Below, in pieces: positions 1-7,126 of a stretch of DNA of 13,557 nucleotides. The notes beneath the pieces are model-generated. The model made no database searches and was not told where the DNA came from. It worked only from the letters and a program-made list of their open reading frames with translations. The stretch's first letter is position 1; every line of letters starts with the position of its first letter. The position numbers and the translations under genes were made by a program. The stretch spans positions 1-13,557 of the forward strand of contig JAYEKO010000056.1 of NCBI GenBank assembly GCA_034661055.1, read 5' to 3'. The stretch comes from Campylobacterota bacterium. Its GTDB lineage: Bacteria > Campylobacterota > Campylobacteria > Campylobacterales > Sulfurimonadaceae.

Positions 1-60
1 TTCAAAAAAATGACAAAAACATTGAAGAGGGAGCCGAAAGTATATAAAACTATGTTATGA
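1..60 (+). CDS. istB: Probable C-terminal tail of IstB helper ATPase (partial; FKKMTKTLKREPKVYKTML*)
   Basis: Frame open from base 1 to TGA at 58-60, directly before the IS21-type terminal repeats. The leading FK fits the usual IstB ending (S-Y-R-F/L-K). Only 19 residues are visible. Confidence 0.5.
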   Translation, partial: FKKMTKTLKREPKVYKTML

Positions 61-126
61 TTTTAACCTACATTTGGTGGGTCACTTTTAATCAAAAAAG
101 TGGGTCAATTTTCAACAAAAACAACA
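1..126 (+). mobile_element. Right end of an IS21-family insertion sequence (IS1326-like), partial
   Basis: Two tandem 23-bp-spaced copies GTGGGTCACTTTTAATCAAAAAA (77-99) and GTGGGTCAATTTTCAACAAAAAC (100-122), ending ...AACA at 126. The reverse complement reads TGTTGTTTTTGTTGAAAATTGACCCAC, i.e. a TG terminus plus repeated TGACCCAC transposase-binding motifs, as I recall for IS21/IS1326 ends. Confidence 0.8.
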
Positions 127-182
127 ATAAGCTAATTATTGCAGTTGTTGATTTTAAACATAGACAGCAATCTTATGATTAA
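127..182 (+). pseudogene. 3' remnant of a RelE/ParE-family toxin gene, interrupted by the IS
   Basis: 129-182 translates KLIIAVVDFKHRQQSYD*, resembling the RelE C-terminal strand and tail (kl-i-i-l-v-v-x-i-g-H-R-x-x-x-Y). Its stop lies just before the attC-like site. Confidence 0.5.
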
Positions 183-183
183 C

Positions 184-251
184 ACATAACAAGTACTCGG
201 AGACAAATAAGTAGCCTAGCGGCGACTTATTTGTCAAGATAGTCGTTATGA
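184..251 (+). repeat. attC-like integron cassette recombination site
   Basis: ACATAAC (184-190, R''-like) and GTTATGA (245-251, R'-like) have complementary CATAAC/GTTATG cores and enclose the inverted repeat GACAAATAAGT-A-GCC tagc GGC-G-ACTTATTTGTC (202-235). Length is 68 bp and it starts 2 bp after a stop codon. L-box pairing is imperfect. Confidence 0.7.
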
Positions 252-344
252 GTCTATCGTAAGCACCTCGCTTAAGATAAAAAAATATAAAAGAAGTAGA
301 AATCTGCCAAAATCTTTGTAAGTAAACTCTTATAAGAAGTTTAT

Positions 345-388
345 TGTAACCATTATGTTTTCAAACTGCATACAAAATGTTTCTTTAT
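345..388 (+). promoter_or_regulatory. Pho-box-like array of four 11-bp direct-repeat units upstream of phoX
   Basis: TGTAACCATTA / TGTTTTCAAAC / TGCATACAAAA / TGTTTCTTTAT begin at 345, 356, 367 and 378. The 11-bp period is typical of PhoB/OmpR-family sites and resembles the Campylobacter PhosR box (GTTTC-N6-GTTTC). Confidence 0.55.
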
Positions 389-453
389 CGTAGCACAGAT
401 GTTATCTATTTTATATATTCTTGCAGATATCAAAATATACGGAGAATATAAAT

Positions 454-2319
454 ATGACAATAAAATGGCTCTCTCTTGCTGCTGTAGCAGTATTGGCAAC
501 TAGTTTTACAGGATGTAATAGTGATGATAATGAAGTTGCTGGTGTTAACGCTAAAAAAGTTGAATTTATCGGCATGAATGCTCCAGGTAAAGATAAAATG
601 CATATGTCCTATTCAGAGGCAAAAGTACGTGTTTATACTACCGATACTGAGTATACTGAACACGACCTCTCTTATAATACTCTTTTTAATGTAAAAGATA
701 AGGTTGGTACCAACCCTTACCAAGCAGGTCAGATTTACAACTATGAGATGGAACCAGTTATGGATCCAATGGGCGCACCTGTTCTAGCAGAAACTCCGGA
801 TGCAAACTCACTGTTAAACGTAGGAGGAAGTCTTTATCTTGTTTCACATCTTGAATATGACTGGATCCTTAGTGATGGAGTAAAAGCATACAAAAAAGAG
901 GGTTGGTACTCTCGTATGCCGATGAGTATGTTGCTCACATCAATCAATCAAGACGAGAATGGTAAACTAGTTGCAACTGAGCAAGAGCCTATTGATTTTT
1001 CAGGTGTAGGTGGTATTTGGATTCCATGTTTTGGTTCTCAAACTCCATGGAATACGCATCTTGGTTCAGAAGAAGATTACGATCTCTATTATACAGCAGG
1101 CGTGAAGGGCTCTAAAACTGAAGCAGGTATTAAAGCACTTAGTGAAGTCTATTTCAAAGGTGAGAAAACTGCCAATGCCTACAATTATGGTTTTATTACT
1201 GAAGTAGAAGTGAAAAAAGATGCTTCTTATGAAGTGACAAAGCACTACGCTATGGGTAAAGGCACGTGGGAAATGGCTAAAATTATGAATGATGGTCGTA
1301 CAGCATACTATGGTGATGATGGTAAAAACGTTGCGATGTTTATGTTTGTTGCCGATAAGAAAAACGATATGAGCTCAGGTACAATGTATGCTGCAAAGTG
1401 GACTCAAACAAGTGCTGCTGGTGCTAATGGCGGTTCTGCAAATCTGTCATGGATAAAACTTGGACACGCATCAAGCAGTGAAGTTAAAGGCTGGGCCGAT
1501 CAGTACACATTTACAGATATCTTCTCTTATAAAACAGAAGAGGAAGTTACCGGTGGTGTTCCTGCAGGATATAAAGCACTTAAAATGGGTCACACATCTA
1601 TTGAATATCTTAAACTTAATAGTGGCATGGAGCAAGTAGCAGCATTTTTAGAGCCACGTCGTCTTGCAGCATGGAAAGGGGCAACGACTGAGTTTAATAA
1701 GATGGAAGGCGTAGCTGTTAATGAAGCTGATAAAAAGCTCTATATGGCAATGAGTTATATCGATAAAGGTATGATGCAAGATGACTCATTTGCAGCAGAT
1801 GATATTAAAATTGCTAAAAACAACTGTGGCGCTACCTATGAGATTGTCCTTAAGGGTTCTCAAAAAGATAGTGATGGCAATGCAATTAATTCTGATTATG
1901 TTGGCGTTAGCATGAGCGTACCAGCTGCACTTTTGGGTGAAGAGATTGCTACAGATGCAAATGGTAATACTTGTAATGTAGATAAAATTGCAAATACAGA
2001 TAACGTCTTCTTCTCAGAGAAAATGCGTACACTATTTGTAGGTGAAGATAGCGGTACTCATACTAACAACTTTGTATGGGCTTATAATATTGACTCTAAA
2101 AAGATGTCTCGTATTTTATCACTCCCTGCAGGTGCTGAATCGACTGGTCTTCAGGTGGTTGATAATGAAAACGGTCACGCTTATATTATGAGTAATGCAC
2201 AGCATCTTGCTGACTTTACAAAAACAACACCAGAGAGTCTTCAAAATGAGCTTTCAGGAAAAATTGACAAGTTCAATGCACCTATTGGGTATATTGGCGG
2301 AATTCCAGGTCTTAAATAA
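454..2319 (+). CDS. phoX: PhoX-family (DUF839) alkaline phosphatase, lipoprotein
   Basis: PhoX-type motifs PCFGSQTPWNTHLGSEE, KMEGVAVN, NTDNV, VGEDSG, GAESTG and NAQH. Signal peptide with lipobox FTGC. ATG at 454 follows GGAGA (441-445) and is preferred over TTG 421. Confidence 0.88.
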   Translation: MTIKWLSLAAVAVLATSFTGCNSDDNEVAGVNAKKVEFIGMNAPGKDKMHMSYSEAKVRVYTTDTEYTEHDLSYNTLFNVKDKVGTNPYQAGQIYNYEMEPVMDPMGAPVLAETPDANSLLNVGGSLYLVSHLEYDWILSDGVKAYKKEGWYSRMPMSMLLTSINQDENGKLVATEQEPIDFSGVGGIWIPCFGSQTPWNTHLGSEEDYDLYYTAGVKGSKTEAGIKALSEVYFKGEKTANAYNYGFITEVEVKKDASYEVTKHYAMGKGTWEMAKIMNDGRTAYYGDDGKNVAMFMFVADKKNDMSSGTMYAAKWTQTSAAGANGGSANLSWIKLGHASSSEVKGWADQYTFTDIFSYKTEEEVTGGVPAGYKALKMGHTSIEYLKLNSGMEQVAAFLEPRRLAAWKGATTEFNKMEGVAVNEADKKLYMAMSYIDKGMMQDDSFAADDIKIAKNNCGATYEIVLKGSQKDSDGNAINSDYVGVSMSVPAALLGEEIATDANGNTCNVDKIANTDNVFFSEKMRTLFVGEDSGTHTNNFVWAYNIDSKKMSRILSLPAGAESTGLQVVDNENGHAYIMSNAQHLADFTKTTPESLQNELSGKIDKFNAPIGYIGGIPGLK

Positions 2320-2327
2320 ACCTTTTT

Positions 2328-2351
2328 CTGAGGCCTTTGGCCTCAGCTTTT
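2328..2351 (+). terminator. Rho-independent terminator-like hairpin after phoX
   Basis: Perfect 8-bp stem CTGAGGCC-TTT-GGCCTCAG followed by CTTTT, beginning 9 bp after the phoX stop. Confidence 0.75.
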
Positions 2352-2387
2352 CTCCCAATCTATTACTAAAACTTAACCAGGAAAAAT

Positions 2388-4376
2388 ATGATGTATAAAA
2401 CAGTAGCTTTAGCTTTTATTAGCGGATTGATAATGTGGGGTTGCAGTAGTGATGGTGCCAACACTCCAGAAGTAAGCAGTAATGACTTCAGCGATGATGC
2501 ACCTATGATTGGACAATTTCGAAGCCGTACCCTTTTTGACAATCCCTATGCCAATATTCCAGCGCAGTGTTACATAGAGACCTCAAACGGAACACAGAAC
2601 GCTTGTCTATTTTGTCATACAAATGCACCAGCAAGAGCGATGCTTGGAAACACTACACCTCAAGCCGGGGCGAGTGGTTTAATTGGAGATTTGCAGCTAG
2701 AGTACGCTTTTGGTCCAGCAACTCAGTTTACAGTCTCTCCAAATATCAACCCTTGGGAGAATACACTGCATCCCCATAAGCTTGATGAAGCTTTTAATAC
2801 AACAGGCATTGATGCTTCAAAATGGGATATGAAAAGTTATATTAAATCAGATAATTGGCAAGCTGCTTACAATAAAAAGCAGGGAGAAAAAACCAGAAGC
2901 AATAGCGGTATAGCTGATGATCCGTTTCGCCTTTTACCGGCACTCAACCCAGAAGCACTTCCGGCAGATAGTGACGGCTTTGTTAGGACTGCCAGTAAGG
3001 ACGAATCTCTTTTTAGTGATGAGACAGGTCTTAATACTGGATGGCGCAGTATTAATTTTATGCCCTATGGAATTTTTACTCCTCATGCAGGTAGTGTCAG
3101 TGGTGTCTATATTCGATTGGCAGAAAAATTTATGAAAAATAGTAATAATGAGTTTGATATTAATATTTATAAAGCCAACCTTGAACTCCTTGAGCAGGCC
3201 ATCCAAGACCGCATAGAAAATGGTGCAACTCACTATCTTGGTGCTGCTAGGCAAATTGATTTAGATCGTGGACTTTTTCCATTAGGCACAGAGTTTGCAC
3301 ATCCTCTTCACTATGTAGATGTAGAAGCAGATAGTACCTATGCATATGGCAATAAATTTCCTGGAACACGTGCTAACCGTATTAAAGAGATTCGTTACAT
3401 GTATAAATGGAAAATGCACTACCCCGGTGAAGTAAAAGATAAAGAGGAGAATGGACCGCTCTATTACAATAAAAATGAACACTGGATTGATGGTGGAGCG
3501 GGATGGTACCTCTCAGCATTTATTGAAGATGCTGATGGTGAATTTCGAGGACAGACTCCTGAAGAACTTCTACAGTGTGTAGGTTGTCATAGCCAGCGTT
3601 ATGGTTTTGAACCTGAGCAGTTCTCATCAGGAACTGGTAATACTATTGATACCGTCTGGTCATTTTCACGAAAATTTGCGGGTGATTTAGGATGGAGAGA
3701 GATGGACTATTTAGGCTACAAATATAATACAGATGCAAAACCAAATGAGACAGCTGGAACGGCGCACCGTGGAGACCCTATCAATAAAAATGCAGGCATA
3801 GGAGAGTATAAGAAATTCCTAAATCATGTTGTAGGCGCATCACTTTATGGAGATATGCCGGACTCTATGGAAATATACTTGCAAAAGAGTATTACAAAAG
3901 CAGAGGGTTATAGTTCAAACTTTCCATCTTTAGCTTTTAATACGGTTGAAGAGTTTAAAAATATTCAGAAAAAACGCCAAGCACTTATGAGAGAATTTAC
4001 AGAAAAAAATGATTATCTCAATAAAGATGCTTTTATACAAGCATCTCTACTCTATCCAACTGAAGAGTCTTCTCTTAATGCTGCCAAGGGGTATAGAAAA
4101 ATTGTATCAACACAGCGTTATACAGAAGGTAAAGACTATTTTGGAAAGACACTCTTTACATTTAAGTACTATCGCGATGAGATAGACGGTTTTAGTCATA
4201 TTGACGGTAGCGAGTATAAGTTTGGAGAGATCATCACAGATAGACCTTTTGATACTTCAGAGACAATAACCAAAGGAGTAGGTAATGCCTTAACGCTTAT
4301 TGATGAGGATGGCGACAATTATGATGGCGAGTATATGCCTATTTTTTCATATCCACAACAATATGAGACAAAATAA
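2388..4376 (+). CDS. Uncharacterised lipoprotein, putative di-heme c-type cytochrome
   Basis: 662-aa ORF with AGGA RBS, hydrophobic signal and lipobox MWGC. Two CXXCH motifs: CLFCH (aa 73-77, nt 2604-2618) and CVGCH (aa 397-401, nt 3576-3590). Confidence 0.75.
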   Translation: MMYKTVALAFISGLIMWGCSSDGANTPEVSSNDFSDDAPMIGQFRSRTLFDNPYANIPAQCYIETSNGTQNACLFCHTNAPARAMLGNTTPQAGASGLIGDLQLEYAFGPATQFTVSPNINPWENTLHPHKLDEAFNTTGIDASKWDMKSYIKSDNWQAAYNKKQGEKTRSNSGIADDPFRLLPALNPEALPADSDGFVRTASKDESLFSDETGLNTGWRSINFMPYGIFTPHAGSVSGVYIRLAEKFMKNSNNEFDINIYKANLELLEQAIQDRIENGATHYLGAARQIDLDRGLFPLGTEFAHPLHYVDVEADSTYAYGNKFPGTRANRIKEIRYMYKWKMHYPGEVKDKEENGPLYYNKNEHWIDGGAGWYLSAFIEDADGEFRGQTPEELLQCVGCHSQRYGFEPEQFSSGTGNTIDTVWSFSRKFAGDLGWREMDYLGYKYNTDAKPNETAGTAHRGDPINKNAGIGEYKKFLNHVVGASLYGDMPDSMEIYLQKSITKAEGYSSNFPSLAFNTVEEFKNIQKKRQALMREFTEKNDYLNKDAFIQASLLYPTEESSLNAAKGYRKIVSTQRYTEGKDYFGKTLFTFKYYRDEIDGFSHIDGSEYKFGEIITDRPFDTSETITKGVGNALTLIDEDGDNYDGEYMPIFSYPQQYETK

Positions 4377-4385
4377 TTTTTTACA

Positions 4386-4440
4386 TGTAATCAAGATGTG
4401 ACGTAAGAGTAATGAGCTTGAAATAGATTTGGAGCATAAT
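4386..4440 (+). promoter_or_regulatory. Second Pho-box-like repeat array with possible -10 element
   Basis: TGTAATCAAGA / TGTGACGTAAG / AGTAATGAGCT begin at 4386, 4397 and 4408 (11-bp period), followed by CATAAT at 4435-4440, upstream of the lipid-remodelling genes. Confidence 0.45.
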
Positions 4441-4468
4441 ACATCATTAAACAATATAAGGATGTCTT

Positions 4469-4645
4469 ATGCCAACACACTCAAAAGAACTTTTTCACTT
4501 CTTGGTAAAACATTACGATATGAATGCAGCTAATGCCACTATTATGATTGAAGAAGAGTGGGATTATGTTGAAGAGCATTTAGAACTTGACGGTGGTATT
4601 GAAATAGTCGCTAAAGAACTCGTAGATATCTATATGGTGGCATAA
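4469..4645 (+). CDS. Small acidic hypothetical protein (58 aa), not in the ORF track
   Basis: AAGGA RBS at 4458-4462, ATG 4469, TAA 4643-4645, 4-bp gap to the next ATG. Translation MPTHSKELFHFLVKHYDMNAANATIMIEEEWDYVEEHLELDGGIEIVAKELVDIYMVA. Confidence 0.75.
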   Translation: MPTHSKELFHFLVKHYDMNAANATIMIEEEWDYVEEHLELDGGIEIVAKELVDIYMVA

Positions 4646-4649
4646 CAAT

Positions 4650-6371
4650 ATGGCTATTTCCGTTGAGCGTTACCTCACAAGCAATTATACTGCATTTGAG
4701 CGATTTCCTCATCTTGTTCAGCGCAGCATTGTCTCTCTTTTTCAAAGTATTTTTCACGAAAAAGAGGTTAACAGCTTTTTGCAACTGCATGCCAATAAAG
4801 ATGCCTTTAGTTTCATTGAGGCAATTTTAGAATATTTTGAACTTGATATTGGCATCAATAAAAATGAGCTCTTACGCATTCCCTCTTACGGTCGTGTAGT
4901 CATCATCTGTAATCATCCTTTAGGAGCACTTGATGCACTAGCTCTTTTACATGTAATTCAAGATGTCAGAAAAGATATTAAAATTGTAGCATCTGATTTT
5001 CTTAGTAATTTTGATAATCTAAAAGAGGTTCTTATTCCTGTTGATAACATTCGAGGTAAGATGGAAAAAGAGTCGGTTAAGATGATTTATGAGGCTTTAA
5101 ATAAAGAACAAGCCGTAGTTATTTTTCCTTCTGGCGAAGTGAGCCGTGCACGTCCTAGTGGCATTCAAGACACCCCGTGGAGGCACGGGTTTTTAAAAAT
5201 CGCGCAGAGAGTACAAGCTCCCGTTTTACCGATTCATATTGATGCAAAAAACTCTAAAAAGTTCTATTTTTTATCAATGCTTAATAAGTCTGCAGCTGCA
5301 GTAACTTTACCTCATGAGATGTTTCAATTTCAAAACAAGAAGATTGGCTTTCGAATTGGTAAAAGTATTCCTTATGAAAGCTATAATCTTCCAAGCATAT
5401 CTCTAAAAAATAGAGTTAAGCTTTTTAGAAAACATTTTAATACAATGACAAAGAAAAATGGAGGGGTTTTTAAGACCTACAATGAAATTTCTCTTGCAGA
5501 AAACCGTCAAGAACTTAAGCATGAACTGCAAAAAGCACAAGATTTAGGCGAGACCAAAGATGGTAAGAAAATACTGCTTTATGAGAGTGATGAAGAGAGT
5601 GTAATTTTACGAGAGATAGGACGACTTCGAGAGATTAGTTTTCGTCAAGTTAAAGAGGGTAGTGGTAAAAAGCGGGATCTTGATGAGTTTGATTTTTACT
5701 ATGAGCATATTATTTTGTGGGATGAAAAAGAGCTAGAAATTGTCGGTTCTTACCGTGTTAGCAAAGTGAGTGAAGTTATTGATGCCTTAGGAATTGAAGG
5801 CCTCTACACCGCTACACTGTTTAATTATACTCCAGAGTTTAATCCCTACTTTGAGCAGGGTATAGAGTTAGGACGTAGTTTTGTACAGCCAAAATACTGG
5901 AACTCAAGAGCCTTGGACTATCTATGGCAAGGAATTGGCGCTTACCTTAGAGCTAACCAACAGATTCGTTATATGTTTGGACCTGTTAGTATCTCAAGAT
6001 CTTACAGTGATGAGGCTAAGGCCTTTTTAGTTTTCTTTTACATGTATTATTTTGGAGACAAGAGCCCATCAGTAGAGCACATTGATAAGTATCATATTTC
6101 CCAAGAGCTTCAAGAGAGGTTTCATTCACTCTTTTGTCTCAATGATTATAAAAGAGATTTAATAGTTCTAAAAAATGAACTTCAAATAATTGGGTACGCC
6201 ATACCAACACTCTATAAACAGTATGCTGATTTGTGTGTTAGTGATGGAGTAAAGTTTATGGATTTTGGAATTGATAGAGACTTCGATAACTGTGTTGATG
6301 GTTTTATTGTTGTTGACCTTAATGATTTAAAACCTCAAAAACGACAACGTTATATTGGCGAGGGAGATTAA
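4650..6371 (+). CDS. olsF: Bifunctional ornithine-lipid synthase OlsF-like (PlsC-type acyltransferase fused to GNAT N-acyltransferase)
   Basis: N-terminal acyltransferase motifs NHPLGALD (HX4D) and FPSGEVSR. C-terminal OlsB-like GNAT motifs EIGRLREISFR..EGSGKKRDLDEFD, IVGSYR and IELGRSFVQPKYW. The 573-aa length fits the fusion. Confidence 0.8.
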   Translation: MAISVERYLTSNYTAFERFPHLVQRSIVSLFQSIFHEKEVNSFLQLHANKDAFSFIEAILEYFELDIGINKNELLRIPSYGRVVIICNHPLGALDALALLHVIQDVRKDIKIVASDFLSNFDNLKEVLIPVDNIRGKMEKESVKMIYEALNKEQAVVIFPSGEVSRARPSGIQDTPWRHGFLKIAQRVQAPVLPIHIDAKNSKKFYFLSMLNKSAAAVTLPHEMFQFQNKKIGFRIGKSIPYESYNLPSISLKNRVKLFRKHFNTMTKKNGGVFKTYNEISLAENRQELKHELQKAQDLGETKDGKKILLYESDEESVILREIGRLREISFRQVKEGSGKKRDLDEFDFYYEHIILWDEKELEIVGSYRVSKVSEVIDALGIEGLYTATLFNYTPEFNPYFEQGIELGRSFVQPKYWNSRALDYLWQGIGAYLRANQQIRYMFGPVSISRSYSDEAKAFLVFFYMYYFGDKSPSVEHIDKYHISQELQERFHSLFCLNDYKRDLIVLKNELQIIGYAIPTLYKQYADLCVSDGVKFMDFGIDRDFDNCVDGFIVVDLNDLKPQKRQRYIGEGD

Positions 6372-6376
6372 TAGTA

Positions 6377-7126
6377 TTGAGGTATAAATCAGTTTTTATA
6401 TCAGACATCCATCTTGGTACTAACTTTTCAAAAGCAGAAGATTTTTTAGATTTTTTAAAAAATACTGAGTGTGAAAATCTCTATCTTGTAGGAGATATTA
6501 TTGATGGTTGGGCAATTAAACGTAAATTAAAATGGAAACAGTCCCACTCTGATGTTATTCAAAAAGTGCTTCGTATTGCCCGAAAAGGAACAAATGTTTA
6601 CTTTGTTGCTGGAAATCATGATGAGTTTTTACGTCCATTTTTACCACTTGTTCTTGGAAATAATTTATATGTAGCCAATGAGTTTAGCTATGAGGCCCTT
6701 AATGGTAAAAAATATTTTATTACACACGGGGATTTTTTTGATTCCATCACAATGACAAAGAAGTGGCTTGCAATTTTAGGTGATATTGGTTATGATTTTT
6801 TACTATATGTTAATGTAATTCTAGCCTATGTGAGAAGAAAGATGGGAATTAAAAAGTACTGGTCGCTCTCAAAGTATGTCAAAGACAATATTAAAAGTTC
6901 AGTAAGTTTTATTACTGATTTTGAAACAGTTTTGGCTAAACATGCTAAGCATCACGGTTATGATGGTGTAATTTGTGGACACATCCATAAGGCACAGCAC
7001 CGTCAGATTAATGATATTGAGTATTTAAACTGTGGCGATTGGGTAGAGTCTTGCTCAGCAGTTGTAGAGAAACAAGACGGTAGCTTTTCTGTTGTTAATT
7101 GGCTTGAGCATGAACATAGCGCTTAG
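6377..7126 (+). CDS. plcP: PlcP-like phospholipase C (LpxH-like calcineurin-type metallophosphoesterase)
   Basis: Metallophosphoesterase motifs SDIHLG, GDIIDGW, GNHDE, HGD, GHIH and NCGDW, plus the W..SHSDVIQKVLR.ARKG segment typical of the PlcP group. TTG start after AGGGAG. Confidence 0.75.
   Translation: MRYKSVFISDIHLGTNFSKAEDFLDFLKNTECENLYLVGDIIDGWAIKRKLKWKQSHSDVIQKVLRIARKGTNVYFVAGNHDEFLRPFLPLVLGNNLYVANEFSYEALNGKKYFITHGDFFDSITMTKKWLAILGDIGYDFLLYVNVILAYVRRKMGIKKYWSLSKYVKDNIKSSVSFITDFETVLAKHAKHHGYDGVICGHIHKAQHRQINDIEYLNCGDWVESCSAVVEKQDGSFSVVNWLEHEHSA

Noticed and set aside
77..122. Tandem 23-bp repeat as a CRISPR array or iterons
   Set aside because: Only two adjacent copies with no spacers; better explained as IS21-family terminal repeats ending in CA.
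202..235. Hairpin as a simple rho-independent terminator
   Set aside because: No U-tract after the stem, and it is enclosed by complementary CATAAC/GTTATG cores typical of attC.
323..343. Imperfect palindrome TAAACTCTTATAAGAAGTTTA
   Set aside because: AT-rich, needs a bulge and matches no motif I recognise; could be chance.
421..453. TTG start giving an 11-aa N-terminal extension of PhoX
   Set aside because: ATG 454 has a well-spaced GGAGA RBS and gives a normal-length lipoprotein signal.
2195..3482. Short alternative-frame ORFs (2195-2398, 2567-2779, 2917-3135, 2934-3254, 3282-3482)
   Set aside because: They overlap long, motif-bearing genes and show no recognisable motifs; likely shadow ORFs.
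7092..7109. Upstream TTG start for the patatin
   Set aside because: ATG 7110 places the first strand and glycine loop at the usual N-terminal position and shortens the overlap with the upstream gene.
6377..7126. Annotation as lipid A enzyme LpxH
   Set aside because: Same fold, but the GNHD motif (LpxH has GNRD), the PlcP-type segment and the olsF/phoX context favour PlcP.
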